DNA of 64,000 nt from a virus. How positions within the stretch are numbered: position 1 is the stretch's first letter; each line of letters opens with the position of its first letter. Made by a program: the position numbers and the translations under genes. The stretch lies in IMG/VR virus record IMGVR_UViG_3300033418_000001, positions 32,001-96,000 of that record. One strand, given 5' to 3'. Under the pieces are notes generated by a model, which ran no database searches, was not told the origin of the DNA, and saw only the letters and a program-made list of their open reading frames with translations. Shown here in pieces: positions 16,892 through 26,843 of the stretch.

Positions 16892-18342
16892 TCAGGGTCC
16901 ACCAGTTCAGTCACGTCGTAGCCCTGCTCCCGCAGGAACGCCGCTATCTCGTCGTCAACGCCCGCTGCCACATCCACCTCGGTGATGCCCATCAGGGCCG
17001 CTGCCGCCAACCACTCCGTCAGCACATCCACCCATCGACCCCGACGTGCCCGCAGGGCGCGGATCAGCATCGACTTGCGGTAGTTGGTGAACACGAAGTC
17101 GAGGGCCGTTTGCAGGCGCCCCGCCTTCCTGCCGGTGTAATCGACACTGGCCCGCAGGCGTTCCGCCTCGGTGCGGTTGACGGCCAACGACATCTTCAGG
17201 CCATACGCATCGGAGGAGGCCGTGCCCGCCACCGGGTTGTACGCAACGTCCGCCATCTCCTGCGGCGGCAGGCCGGTGATCAGCGACAGCACCTCAGCCG
17301 GGTGCACCCCGGCCTCCTTGACCCACGTCCGCACCTCTTCCTCGGTGGCCTCGATGCCCAAGGTCTTGAAGGTCTCCACATCCACTTCGGACGGGGAGAA
17401 GTCGCCGGTCACATTCTCGGGGAAGGCGGCTTGGTAGCTTGGCGTGCGCCGGATGTCGGGCACCTCACCCACACGCACCAGTTGGCCACGGCAGTAGGGG
17501 TGGTAGGGCGGGATGTGCCACCCACGGTCCACGATGTCACGGGTGGACATCTCGCGCAGGGCTTCGACGCTCGCCTTGCTCTGCGACGGCCATGGTTGCA
17601 GCGTCTTCAGTTCCTCGGGGTTGTCGGTGCTGAGGGAGCGCAACAGCAAGCTGCGCGCATCGCTCACTTGGAACGTCTTGCCGTGCATCTCCTCGCACAC
17701 CGGACAGATGCGGTTGTCGAGTTGTTCGTTGATGGCGTACTCGGTCACGTCGAGCAGCGACGCCTCCTCGGTGAAGCCGAAGGCCGCGAGGCGCGTGGTG
17801 TGCAGGGCGCTGATCATCTGGATCATGCGCTGCGCCTCGTTGTTCACCGGGTTCTTGAACTCCACGTAGGGCTTGAGCAGCGTGGTGTCCTCGGCCTTGA
17901 ACAGCACGTTGCCTTCGGACTGCGCGAAGTTCGTACTCGGCTGCGACAGGTCGTACTCGCGGATCAGGGTGTACAGCTTGGCCCGCACCTGATCGCCCAC
18001 CGTGTTGACGATGGCGTTGGCGAAGCTTGCCGTGGTGCGCGCGGCGACGGACAGCAGTCGCTTGCTCTGCAATATCTTGGCGTCCTCGGCCTTGCCGCTC
18101 AGGCGCGACGCTCCGTACACCATCGAGGCGAGCGACACGTAGCGCACATAGTCCCGGGTGTGCCGGATGACGGGCGCCAAGTCGAGGTTGTCCACCATGC
18201 GCGTGGCCCCGAGGACATCGTTGCCCTTCAGGCGCAAATAGACAGAGGGCAAGATGTCTTCCGACACCTTGCCCCATGCCGCTGTGATGCGGGAAGAGAG
18301 CGAGGCTTCCAGTGACAGGAACGCCTCAAGTTTGACGCTCAT
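16888..18342 (-). CDS. MuF/SPP1 gp7-like head morphogenesis protein with C-terminal extension
   Basis: DNRICPVCEEMHGKTF...IPPYHPYCRG; directly after portal. Confidence 0.85.
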   Translation of the reverse strand: MSVKLEAFLSLEASLSSRITAAWGKVSEDILPSVYLRLKGNDVLGATRMVDNLDLAPVIRHTRDYVRYVSLASMVYGASRLSGKAEDAKILQSKRLLSVAARTTASFANAIVNTVGDQVRAKLYTLIREYDLSQPSTNFAQSEGNVLFKAEDTTLLKPYVEFKNPVNNEAQRMIQMISALHTTRLAAFGFTEEASLLDVTEYAINEQLDNRICPVCEEMHGKTFQVSDARSLLLRSLSTDNPEELKTLQPWPSQSKASVEALREMSTRDIVDRGWHIPPYHPYCRGQLVRVGEVPDIRRTPSYQAAFPENVTGDFSPSEVDVETFKTLGIEATEEEVRTWVKEAGVHPAEVLSLITGLPPQEMADVAYNPVAGTASSDAYGLKMSLAVNRTEAERLRASVDYTGRKAGRLQTALDFVFTNYRKSMLIRALRARRGRWVDVLTEWLAAAALMGITEVDVAAGVDDEIAAFLREQGYDVTELVDPD

Positions 18343-20633
18343 CAGTGCGAGTGATCCATCAGCCCAACGCAGCACCCCGCGAGTTCAGCGAGACCTTCAG
18401 CATCGAACGACGAACGCGCGAACGTGCTGTTGGCCAACACCGCATCGAACAGCTTGCGCTGCTCCTTGGGCAACGTCTCCACCTTCTGCACGATGGCACG
18501 CCGCAGTTCCTTGTCCATGCGCGGACCATCGCTCAGGCCAACCGCATTGGCCCATTGACCGGCGAGCAGCACGATGTCGTTGGACGTGAGGTCCGACTTC
18601 GTAACGGCTGACGACATCGCGCTGCTGCCCGTGCCCCCCGACGATGGAGTGCCTAGACCGGCAGAGAAGGGGTTCTTCGTCGGATCGCTTCCCTGCGCGT
18701 TGGGATCACCTCCTCCGAATGGCTTACCGGCTTGCGCCTCAGCCAAGGCTTGCTGTTGAGCTTGCGCCGCCGCCTCTGGATCGTAGGTAAGGCTGAGACC
18801 TGTGATCTGGTTGATCGTGTCGATGAGGTCTTCGGGCTTGATCTTGTCAGCCACCATCTCAAGCGACTTCAGTTGCAGGTCCACGTTCTTCAGAGTCGAA
18901 GGCAGTGACTTCAGGATGTACCGCTTTGCCCCGAGGGCACGGACGATGGTGTGGTTGATCTTTTCATCAAACTCCTTTCGTTCAGGGGCGAAGACTTGGG
19001 CCTCGGTCACCATCACCGCAGTGAGAGCCGTGGCGAAGTTGTAGTCGTCCGACTTGCCGAGGAAGATGGACGGGAGGCGGAAGGCGCCCCGCACATGGTT
19101 CTCGCACTTCTCATCGAACACTTGGAACATCGAGTCAGTGCCGTTGGCGCGGTTGTCGCCGAAGCGTTCCACGGTCACCTTCACCTGCCCTGCGCTGTCG
19201 AGCGAACCGGACGAGGACTGCGCCTCAACGACGGCTGCGCGATGCTTGTCCTTCAGATCGCCCCCCAGATACGCGAGGAGTTGATTCTTGACACTCTCGG
19301 CCAGTGCACCACCTTGAATGAAGATGATGGCCGGGGGCAGGCCACCGGCATCGAAGAAGTCCAGATTGAACTCCTCGGCCTTCCGTGACCCAAGGACAGC
19401 GGGGAGGTTGTTGATCCATCGCGGTATCCCGTAAGGTGTGGTGGCATCCTTGTCGCAGATGAAGTGCAACACCTCCGACGCGAGGTTCACCTTCTGCGTC
19501 CCATCGGCGTTGGTCAGGTTGGCGGGCCGCTCTGCGCCCGTGGCACTGGCAGGCCCGGGGGCCACGCCGTTGTCCATCTGCCGCTGCCGTTCCAGATCAC
19601 CCTTCAGCGTGAGCAGGGGCGTGCTGTCCTTGGCCTGCCCATGGGGAGCGCCCGGGTTGGGCAGAGGGAAGCCGGTCTGCCCCGGCGCATCGAGCCAACC
19701 GCCATCCTCGCGGCTCAGGCGACGCTCGCTGCCGAACTCCTTGTAGTAGATGTAGTTCGTGCCCACGCGCTGCACGTAGCGCCGCTCGCGCACCCAGATG
19801 TTGGCCTTGAAGGGCACGCCGTTGCGCTCGATGATCTTCTCCACCATCACCGGGTTGTCGAGCTTCACCAAGCGCATGGTGGAGGCATCGAGGTGGCGCA
19901 GGAAGACGATCTTGCCTTCTAGGTTGCGGATCACCTCAAGGTAGCCGTTGCCGGTCATCTCGATGTCCGCGCGCAGCTTGCGCCGCTGCGACACGAAGGA
20001 CTCGTTGGGGAACGGCTCCTTGAAGAACGCCTTGAGCATCGCCTTCTCGGCGAGGTCGGCAGGCGTCTCGGCGTTGGGGTCAGGCTCGCCCGTGGTAGGG
20101 TCCACTGCCATGGGTTCCTGCGGTTGCAGCGGGAACTCGGACGGCGGGTCCACGCCCAAGGTGGCATGGCGGGTCATGACCTTCGCTGCCGCTGCGGCTG
20201 CGGCCACCACGCCGGGGCCGACTTCCTTGGTCACCTTGACCTTGTTGGCTTGAACTAGGGCCGCTGCCGCCGCCGCACGTACCGTCGGGTCGGCAATGGT
20301 ATTGAAGTCCACCGGGGCGCCCTCCAAGGCCGGATGGGGCTGCGGTAGCTTGTCCTCCTTGTCCTGATCCTCGTCGGCAATCTCGTAGCCCGTGCCATCG
20401 ACGTTGGTCTCCATGGCATGGACGCACTGCATCAGGATGTTGTTGCGCGTGCACAGACGCTTCAGCACCAACGGGTTGAACGGCGGCATCAGCGCCGCGT
20501 TGGTCTTGGTGATTTCGTAGATCGAACTGAACTCGTCCTCCAACTCCAAGGTGTGTTGGATCACCACTTGGGTGTCGGACGCGATCTTGCGTCGGGCGAA
20601 GCTGATGCTTGAGCGGTTCTTGCGGACAGGCAT
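18342..20633 (-). CDS. Portal protein
   Basis: DIEMTGNGYLEVIRN...EVLHF...YGIPRW...NLDFFDAGGLP...VRGAFRLPSIFLGKSDDYNFATA; start MPVRKN. Confidence 0.9.
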   Translation of the reverse strand: MPVRKNRSSISFARRKIASDTQVVIQHTLELEDEFSSIYEITKTNAALMPPFNPLVLKRLCTRNNILMQCVHAMETNVDGTGYEIADEDQDKEDKLPQPHPALEGAPVDFNTIADPTVRAAAAAALVQANKVKVTKEVGPGVVAAAAAAAKVMTRHATLGVDPPSEFPLQPQEPMAVDPTTGEPDPNAETPADLAEKAMLKAFFKEPFPNESFVSQRRKLRADIEMTGNGYLEVIRNLEGKIVFLRHLDASTMRLVKLDNPVMVEKIIERNGVPFKANIWVRERRYVQRVGTNYIYYKEFGSERRLSREDGGWLDAPGQTGFPLPNPGAPHGQAKDSTPLLTLKGDLERQRQMDNGVAPGPASATGAERPANLTNADGTQKVNLASEVLHFICDKDATTPYGIPRWINNLPAVLGSRKAEEFNLDFFDAGGLPPAIIFIQGGALAESVKNQLLAYLGGDLKDKHRAAVVEAQSSSGSLDSAGQVKVTVERFGDNRANGTDSMFQVFDEKCENHVRGAFRLPSIFLGKSDDYNFATALTAVMVTEAQVFAPERKEFDEKINHTIVRALGAKRYILKSLPSTLKNVDLQLKSLEMVADKIKPEDLIDTINQITGLSLTYDPEAAAQAQQQALAEAQAGKPFGGGDPNAQGSDPTKNPFSAGLGTPSSGGTGSSAMSSAVTKSDLTSNDIVLLAGQWANAVGLSDGPRMDKELRRAIVQKVETLPKEQRKLFDAVLANSTFARSSFDAEGLAELAGCCVGLMDHSH

Positions 20634-20670
20634 GGATACTCCTCGATCAGCCTCGGTCACGGACGGGGTA

Positions 20671-20696
20671 AGGATAGCCTAGTGTGGCGCACCGGA
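20671..20696 (-). promoter_or_regulatory. Putative late promoter (TCCGGT-N14-TATCCT)
   Basis: Shared motif upstream of portal. Confidence 0.45.
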
Positions 20697-20701
20697 CTAC
20701 C

Positions 20702-20717
20702 GTGCAGACATCTGCAA
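20702..20717. repeat. 16-bp palindrome copy 8 (intergenic)
   Basis: GTGCAGACATCTGCAA. Confidence 0.95.
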
Positions 20718-20718
20718 A

Positions 20719-23073
20719 TCAGCCACACAAAGCCTTGTGCTTCTTCAGCGCCCCGAGGTTGGGGCCAATCTCGGTGTCCACGGTGAAGCGAAGCTGCGGC
20801 GCCCAACCCACCTCATGGAAGGGCAGGTTTTCCATCAATTCCTTGCGCTCCGTGGCGATCTGCTCCCAGTTGTCTTCGGGCACGTAGGACAGGAGTTGAT
20901 CATGCACCATGCCGAACACCGGGGCAATATCGAAGGTCTTCTGCTGCACCATCAGGCCCGTGGCCCACAGCGCCATGTCGGACAGGGTGGCCTGCACCGG
21001 GGAGTTGATCGACCGCCGCAGTTCCTTGGCCACCACCGCCTCTTCCCGGCTGCGGATCATGGGCAGGTGACGAATGCGCCCGAGCGGGGAGCGCACCATG
21101 CCGAACTTCCGCGCCCGGTACTTGTACTCCTTGTGCCACGGGATCAGGCCCGGGTACAGATCGAAGAAGGCATCACGGTTCTCCTCGGCCTCCTCCAAGG
21201 TCATGGCCACACCGTAGTTGCTGATGGCGTAGTTCATGAAGCCGTTGGCCCCCATGCCATAGATCAGGCCGAAGTTGCCCGCCTTGCCGAGGTAGCGAAT
21301 CTCTTCGAACAGGTGGGGGTCGGTCTCGGCCAGTGCGAGGAAGTCATCGAAGTCATACCCGGCGAGTCGTGCCGCCGTCACCGCGTGCAGGTCGATGCCG
21401 TGCATGTACGCAGCGATCATCGTCTCTTCGTTGGCGAGGCACGCCGCGATCTTCAGTTCGCCTTGCGAGTAGTCGTTGGAGAGGATGATGTAGCCGGGGG
21501 GCGCGATCACCGCGCGCCGCAACCGCTTGGCCCACTTGGTGTGCTTCGGGATGGTCTGGATTGCGGGGTCTTTGACCGACAGGCGACCGGTCACTGCGCC
21601 GCCTTCGGTCTCCACCTCGTCCATGCCCGAGAAGAGGAAGTAGTTGGGATGCCACCTGCCGTCCTCACGCAGGTGCGACAGGAAGCCCGTGACGTAGGTG
21701 CCGAGCGTCTTGGTAGCTGAGGTGTACTCGCTCAGGATCGACACCAGTGGCGCCGCCTTCGGGTGATCCTTGAACATCATGAGGTGTTCCATCGAGGTGG
21801 ACGGTGACTTGTCCTTCTCGGTGAACATCTTCGGCTTCAACCCGAGGTAGTTGGGGCTGAACATGAAGTCGATCAGCAGCGCCGCCTTGCCGAGGTTGAG
21901 CGTGCCGTCCTTCTTGGTGTGCTTGGCCACCAGTCTGCCGCCCAACACCTCCTTGGCTTCGCTCGTCAGGCGAGCGATGTCGGTCTCTATCTCGTCGCGC
22001 AACTCGCGGTAGTACGGCACGTCCACGCACCAACCCACGCGCTCCACGCGCTCGTAGGCCCGCGCTGCCGGGTGCAGGATGTTGGTGTAGAAGGTGGTGA
22101 GCTTCTTGTCCTTCAGTAGCTCGTCCTTCATCCGCTCCGAGGCTTGGTAGCAGGCGTCGGTGTCGCCGCCCGAATAGGTCAGGAAGTCGTCATCGGGCAC
22201 AAGGTCCATGCGCCCTTTGTCGTACTTCTGATTGAAGGCATCGTCGTACCCACCGATGTCGCTGAACAGCTTGGCGTGCACCGTGAGCGAGTTCGAACGG
22301 TTCTCATCGAGGATGCTGCCGACGATGGTGGTGTCGAAGTTGTAGTTGGTGCACTCGGTGATGCCCCAGTGCTTCGCAATCCAGTTGAGGTCGTACTTGA
22401 GGTTGGCCCCGCGCAGCTTGACCTTGGGGGAGGTGAGCAACCATTGAATCTGGTGCCACAGCCCCGCAAGACCGTCGCCTATGGTGTCGTTCACCTTCTC
22501 GCACGCACGGGTGCTGCGGAAGCGCACGACATCCGCCGCGCCCTTCTTGTACGTGATCTGAATGGACTCGATGTACGCCCCCAAGGCATAGGGGTCGAGG
22601 CCCAAGGTCTCGGTGTCGAGTGCCACCACGACAGGATGCTTCTGGGCGTTGATCCACGCGACGGCTTCGGTGAAGTCGTTGACGTAGCGGTACTTGCCCA
22701 CGGTGGGCAGGAAGTCGCCCGTGTTGACGAAGCGGCACGCGGCCACCACGTCCGTTTGCAGGTCCACGAACATCGCGTAGTCCACGTCGAGAATCGACGG
22801 TGAGTACGTGATCAATACGTGCCCACCCCCGGGCATGGGGAAGGGGCGATTGCGAAGGGACTTGATCGAGCGGTTCTTGGGGATCACCGCATGTGCAGCG
22901 AGGAGGGCAAGACCTTCGCCCCCCATGCACACCAGAACATCGCCCTCTTTGGTCTCGGGGAGCGTGTCCCCGATTTCGACTACCTCATGGTCCACCCCCG
23001 ACGCCGCTATGAGCGGGCCAAGCTTCTTCTTCAGGTACTCCCATGGTGGTCGGGTCCACAACTTCAACTTCAT
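20719..23073 (-). CDS. polA: DNA polymerase family A with 3'-5' exonuclease and degenerate N-terminal UDG-like domain
   Basis: ALDTETLG, NLKYD, YSGGD exonuclease motifs; VTGRLS, DYSQGEL, RYLGKAGNFGLIYG, NSPVQ, VHDQ. Confidence 0.95.
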   Translation of the reverse strand: MKLKLWTRPPWEYLKKKLGPLIAASGVDHEVVEIGDTLPETKEGDVLVCMGGEGLALLAAHAVIPKNRSIKSLRNRPFPMPGGGHVLITYSPSILDVDYAMFVDLQTDVVAACRFVNTGDFLPTVGKYRYVNDFTEAVAWINAQKHPVVVALDTETLGLDPYALGAYIESIQITYKKGAADVVRFRSTRACEKVNDTIGDGLAGLWHQIQWLLTSPKVKLRGANLKYDLNWIAKHWGITECTNYNFDTTIVGSILDENRSNSLTVHAKLFSDIGGYDDAFNQKYDKGRMDLVPDDDFLTYSGGDTDACYQASERMKDELLKDKKLTTFYTNILHPAARAYERVERVGWCVDVPYYRELRDEIETDIARLTSEAKEVLGGRLVAKHTKKDGTLNLGKAALLIDFMFSPNYLGLKPKMFTEKDKSPSTSMEHLMMFKDHPKAAPLVSILSEYTSATKTLGTYVTGFLSHLREDGRWHPNYFLFSGMDEVETEGGAVTGRLSVKDPAIQTIPKHTKWAKRLRRAVIAPPGYIILSNDYSQGELKIAACLANEETMIAAYMHGIDLHAVTAARLAGYDFDDFLALAETDPHLFEEIRYLGKAGNFGLIYGMGANGFMNYAISNYGVAMTLEEAEENRDAFFDLYPGLIPWHKEYKYRARKFGMVRSPLGRIRHLPMIRSREEAVVAKELRRSINSPVQATLSDMALWATGLMVQQKTFDIAPVFGMVHDQLLSYVPEDNWEQIATERKELMENLPFHEVGWAPQLRFTVDTEIGPNLGALKKHKALCG

Positions 23074-23503
23074 CGAGGCGGCTCCAATGCTTGTTCTTGA
23101 CCTCTCGCATCCACATGCCGCGAACCGAGGGGAGGATGGTGTCGTACAACGCCTTCTGCGACAAGTTGCTGAGGGTGGAGAGGGTGAGGCCGTTGGCCTT
23201 CGGGTCGATCAGGCTGAGGCTCAGTTCCTTCATGGCCTTGTCGTAGCTGACGACGACGCCGAGGTTCAGGCCGGTGATGGAGAACACGATGTAGGCATCG
23301 CCCGTGTGGATGGCCGAGGCTTCCACCTTGCACTTGAGGTCGAGTTCCGCCGAGGGGGCGAAGGGGTAGCCGAACTCGCCGTGGCCCTTGGCCGTGTAGG
23401 GGACATCCTTGCCGTTGCCGACGAGGAACAGCGAGAACTGCACCGCGTCCGCGAGCGGCATCAACATCTGCATCGCATCATACTGTTGCAGGGGCTTTGA
23501 CAT
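22985..23503 (-). CDS. Hypothetical protein
   Basis: 172 aa with host-like codon pattern; overlaps pol start. Confidence 0.5.
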   Translation of the reverse strand: MSKPLQQYDAMQMLMPLADAVQFSLFLVGNGKDVPYTAKGHGEFGYPFAPSAELDLKCKVEASAIHTGDAYIVFSITGLNLGVVVSYDKAMKELSLSLIDPKANGLTLSTLSNLSQKALYDTILPSVRGMWMREVKNKHWSRLDEVEVVDPTTMGVPEEEAWPAHSGVGGGP

Positions 23504-23732
23504 GCAGGCTCACTCCCTTGTTCATGAAGGACAGCACGAACTCGCCGAGGTCGATGCCGAGGTACCGGGCCGACAGCACCGCGCCGATGGCCTTCTTCTC
23601 CTTCTTGGTGCTGACGACGGTCCACTTCACCTTCTTGTCCGAGAGGCCGAGGAAGATGCCCTCCGTGCAGAAGGTGTCGCCGACTTGGAGAGCTTGCGCC
23701 TCCGCTTGCGTGAGGGGCAGGGCGATCTTCAT
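23478..23732 (-). CDS. Hypothetical protein
   Basis: Start MKIALP coupled to upstream stop. Confidence 0.55.
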   Translation of the reverse strand: MKIALPLTQAEAQALQVGDTFCTEGIFLGLSDKKVKWTVVSTKKEKKAIGAVLSARYLGIDLGEFVLSFMNKGVSLHVKAPATV

Positions 23733-24406
23733 GAGCAGAGTCCCTTCACCTTGTTGAACTTCGGCAGGGGCGTATCGAACTCGATGCCGCACCCGAGGAG
23801 GATGGCGCCCAACACCTTGTTGGCCGGGGCTTCGACGGTGCAGGGGTAGTGCCCCGACATGTACTTGAAATCGGGCTTGGCCTTGAGGGAGAGACCCTGA
23901 TCCGTGAGCTTGGCCACGGTGAGGGCGTCATCGAGAGCGGCCCCTTCCGCGCGCACCGAGAGTTGGACGCCTTCGACGCGCACCGCGATCTTGAGCTTGT
24001 CGGTCAGCGCCACGGCCACGTAGACCGAACCGGACGACGTGCCCTTGACCCTCTGGTACATGGCGCAGGCGTCGCGCAGGGGGATCACGTCGTTGGACGG
24101 TTCCGGTGCAGACATCTGCACGGGGTCCGAGGGCTTGACGTTGGCCGGGATGCCGCCCGCCTTCTTCTCGTTCTCGATTTCGGTCAGGACGAACAGCATG
24201 AACGAGTTCAGTTCCGCCTGCACCTGAGCCGGGGACGCGAGCCAGTTCATGACGAGCTTGTAGCCCTTGCTGCCGTGCCAGATGGTGAAGAAGTCGTCGC
24301 CCTCCTGCGTGGCGAGACCGAGAGCCTTACAGGTGGCGATACCGTGGGGGTCGCACCCGTAGTTGGTCAGGACGCTGAGGGACTTTTTCTTGAGGATCAG
24401 GGCCAT
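23729..24406 (-). CDS. Hypothetical protein
   Basis: Start MALILKK after CAAAGGAGTG RBS and sigma70 promoter. Confidence 0.7.
   Translation of the reverse strand: MALILKKKSLSVLTNYGCDPHGIATCKALGLATQEGDDFFTIWHGSKGYKLVMNWLASPAQVQAELNSFMLFVLTEIENEKKAGGIPANVKPSDPVQMSAPEPSNDVIPLRDACAMYQRVKGTSSGSVYVAVALTDKLKIAVRVEGVQLSVRAEGAALDDALTVAKLTDQGLSLKAKPDFKYMSGHYPCTVEAPANKVLGAILLGCGIEFDTPLPKFNKVKGLCS
24106..24121. repeat. 16-bp palindrome copy 9 (coding linker, VQMSA)
   Basis: GTGCAGACATCTGCAC. Confidence 0.95.
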
Positions 24407-24430
24407 GTGCACTCCTTTGCTGACAGCCTC

Positions 24431-24458
24431 ATTGTACCACAATCAGGGGGAGTGTCAA
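24431..24458 (-). promoter_or_regulatory. sigma70-type promoter
   Basis: TTGACA-N16-TACAAT with TG extension. Confidence 0.75.
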
Positions 24459-25246
24459 ACCGTCCCCCAGATGTTGCCGGTCATGGTGAAGGGCTTGATT
24501 TCCACCACCTCGCCGCTGTACTCCTTGGCGATCTTGTTCACGCGCAGGTCAGGGGCACGGCGCAACACCTCATCGAAGTCTCGCCCCGAGCCGGAGTAGG
24601 TCATCGCAGGCGCGCTGTGGTAGGACTTGGGCGCCTTCGCTCCGCGCACTGCGGTGATGTCGAAGTGCTTGGCCAACCAGTCGGCCTGCGCCGTGGTCTC
24701 CACCGCCTTCTCACAGTAGTGGCCACGCACGTAGGTGATCGCATCCTTGACACCGCCGAGCATCCTGACCAGTGCCGCGAGGACCATGCCGGTGCGCCCG
24801 TGGCCACCGATGCAGCCGACGTGCACCGACTTGCCCGCGACGATCTGATCGCAGAGCCATTCGATCATCAGCTTGAACTCGGTGACATCCTTGGGCACCG
24901 ACATGTCGCTGATCGGGAAGTAGATGAACTGGCGCGAGCCGTGCCACGGCCACGCTTGCGGGTCGTGTGCAGTGCCATGGTCGAGCGCCACGTAGATGTC
25001 GAGACCGGTGTGGATTGGATCACCGCACGCGCCACCGTACACGGTGTAGACCTGATCCTTGCCCGTGACCTCGATCAACAGGGGCGGGTGAGAGTGCGCG
25101 CACTTCTGGTAGCCCTTGTGCGCCTTGTGCACCTTGGGGGCCACGCTCGCATCGTATTCGAACCCGGTGTACACCGGGACACCATCCGCCGTCATGCTCG
25201 CATCGAACACGACGGGGAGAGTGTTGCTGCTGATCTTCTTGCCCAT
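24455..25246 (-). CDS. Protein tyrosine/dual-specificity-like phosphatase
   Basis: FPISDMSVP and HVGCIGGHGRTG (CX5R), AVET..Q; start MGKKISS. Confidence 0.85.
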   Translation of the reverse strand: MGKKISSNTLPVVFDASMTADGVPVYTGFEYDASVAPKVHKAHKGYQKCAHSHPPLLIEVTGKDQVYTVYGGACGDPIHTGLDIYVALDHGTAHDPQAWPWHGSRQFIYFPISDMSVPKDVTEFKLMIEWLCDQIVAGKSVHVGCIGGHGRTGMVLAALVRMLGGVKDAITYVRGHYCEKAVETTAQADWLAKHFDITAVRGAKAPKSYHSAPAMTYSGSGRDFDEVLRRAPDLRVNKIAKEYSGEVVEIKPFTMTGNIWGTV

Positions 25247-26259
25247 CACGCCGCCTTCCTTTCGATCACTTCCACCCACGTATCGGGCATCACGTAGAAC
25301 ACCTTCTTGCCCGCCGTCTTCGACTTGAGCATCTGAGCGGTCTTCAGGGTGCTGTAGCTTTGCACCGCGCCCGCCTTCTCCACCTTCACCCAATCCACCG
25401 TGGGGCCGAAGGCTTTCGGGAACAGACTGTCCGCGATGTTGACTATCGCCTTGGCTTGCGGCGTCACGTAGTGATCCTTGACCGGGTGGCAGTCCTTGAT
25501 CAGTTCCGGTATCTGGCCACTGCGCTGCACGTCGAGGATGGTCTTGATCTGGTGCGAATCGTAACCGTGGTAGGTCATCCCCTTGTTGAAGATGGGGCCG
25601 TTGTTGTGGCACAGCGCCCACGACACGTCGGTGGCCACCTCGGGGGTGATGTTGCCTTCGACCAGTTCAAGGAACACCTTGGCGATGTCGGCCCACGGGA
25701 TGCCACCGTACCCACCGGAGAAGCTTCCGTGGCGGAAGGTCCACTCGATGGCAGCAGCGTACTTGCCGAGCTTCATCGTCGGGGCGTTGTTGAGGAACAT
25801 CGACTTCGCCGCCATCGAAGACCCAGAGGAGTGCATCACGGCGTTGAAGTCCACGTAGTCGCTGCCCCACTTCGCCGCCGCCGACGCCTTGAAGGAAGAG
25901 TTGGCGTGCACGTGGCGCGACTCGCGCGAGATGATCAGGAGCAGGTAGTAGAAGAGGCGACGGGCCACATCGCTTGCCGCACCGAGGTAGAGCTTGCCGA
26001 GGGACAGCACGTCGGGCGGCAGCGGTTCATCCGGCCCGTACTGCCTGCACATCTCGGCCCACGCCGCGTTGCCCGCGTAGAACGTGAGGGCTTCGGACTC
26101 GGGGTGAACCAAAGAGCAGGAGGGCAGGTACGCTTGGCACGCCTTGACCGCATCCGAGAGGTCAACGTCCCGCATCGACTTGGCGAGGAAGAGGGGTTGC
26201 CCCTTCAGGTGCGCCAAGGTATTGGGCAGAACGTGGTAGGGGAGAATCAGCTTCGACAT
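25246..26259 (-). CDS. Conserved-looking hypothetical phage protein
   Basis: RESRH, GYGGIPWADIA, HNNGPIFNKG, ILDVQRSGQIP motifs; own promoter and RBS. Confidence 0.7.
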   Translation of the reverse strand: MSKLILPYHVLPNTLAHLKGQPLFLAKSMRDVDLSDAVKACQAYLPSCSLVHPESEALTFYAGNAAWAEMCRQYGPDEPLPPDVLSLGKLYLGAASDVARRLFYYLLLIISRESRHVHANSSFKASAAAKWGSDYVDFNAVMHSSGSSMAAKSMFLNNAPTMKLGKYAAAIEWTFRHGSFSGGYGGIPWADIAKVFLELVEGNITPEVATDVSWALCHNNGPIFNKGMTYHGYDSHQIKTILDVQRSGQIPELIKDCHPVKDHYVTPQAKAIVNIADSLFPKAFGPTVDWVKVEKAGAVQSYSTLKTAQMLKSKTAGKKVFYVMPDTWVEVIERKAA

Positions 26260-26288
26260 CTTTGGCACTCCTTTGCCGTCACAACCCC

Positions 26289-26317
26289 ACTATACGCTAG
26301 TGGCGGGAGACTGTCAA
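26289..26317 (-). promoter_or_regulatory. sigma70-type promoter
   Basis: TTGACA-N17-TATAGT. Confidence 0.75.
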
Positions 26318-26829
26318 CGGGGACTCAGGCCCAACCCGGTCGGCTGAAGACCCCGCCGCATCGCCCTGAGCTTGAGCCACGTCAAGTCCCACCGGGTGAA
26401 CGGGGGATCGTACTCGATCACGTACTGCTCCTGATCCTTGGTCTCGATGGCCTTGGCATGGTAGTTGGCCCGCACGTGCCCGATGGCGTTGGGGATGCCC
26501 ATGGCCTTGACGAGCAGCGCGAGGAACAGGCCCGTGCGCCCACGCCCGCCCATGCAACCGACGAACACCGCGTCCTTCGCCGCAAGGTGGTTCAGCACCA
26601 TCCACACCACCGCGTTGGTGCGGTGGAGGTCACGGGGCGTAGAGAAGTCGCCGATGGGCAACTCGATCATGGCGTCAGCCAACACCTCGGGGGCGAGCTT
26701 GACGCCCACGTAGCCGAAGGGCTTGTCGTAGTAGGGGCCACCGAAGACCACACGCCACGCGAACCCCATGGGGACGGGCATGGCCTTGGGCGGCATCTGG
26801 CTGCGTTGGAACTTGGGGTAGACCACCAC
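26314..26829 (-). CDS. Second PTP/DSP-like phosphatase
   Basis: PIGDFSTP, FVGCMGGRGRTG, AIETKDQ. Confidence 0.85.
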   Translation of the reverse strand: MVVYPKFQRSQMPPKAMPVPMGFAWRVVFGGPYYDKPFGYVGVKLAPEVLADAMIELPIGDFSTPRDLHRTNAVVWMVLNHLAAKDAVFVGCMGGRGRTGLFLALLVKAMGIPNAIGHVRANYHAKAIETKDQEQYVIEYDPPFTRWDLTWLKLRAMRRGLQPTGLGLSPR

Positions 26830-26843
26830 GGCACACTCCTTTG

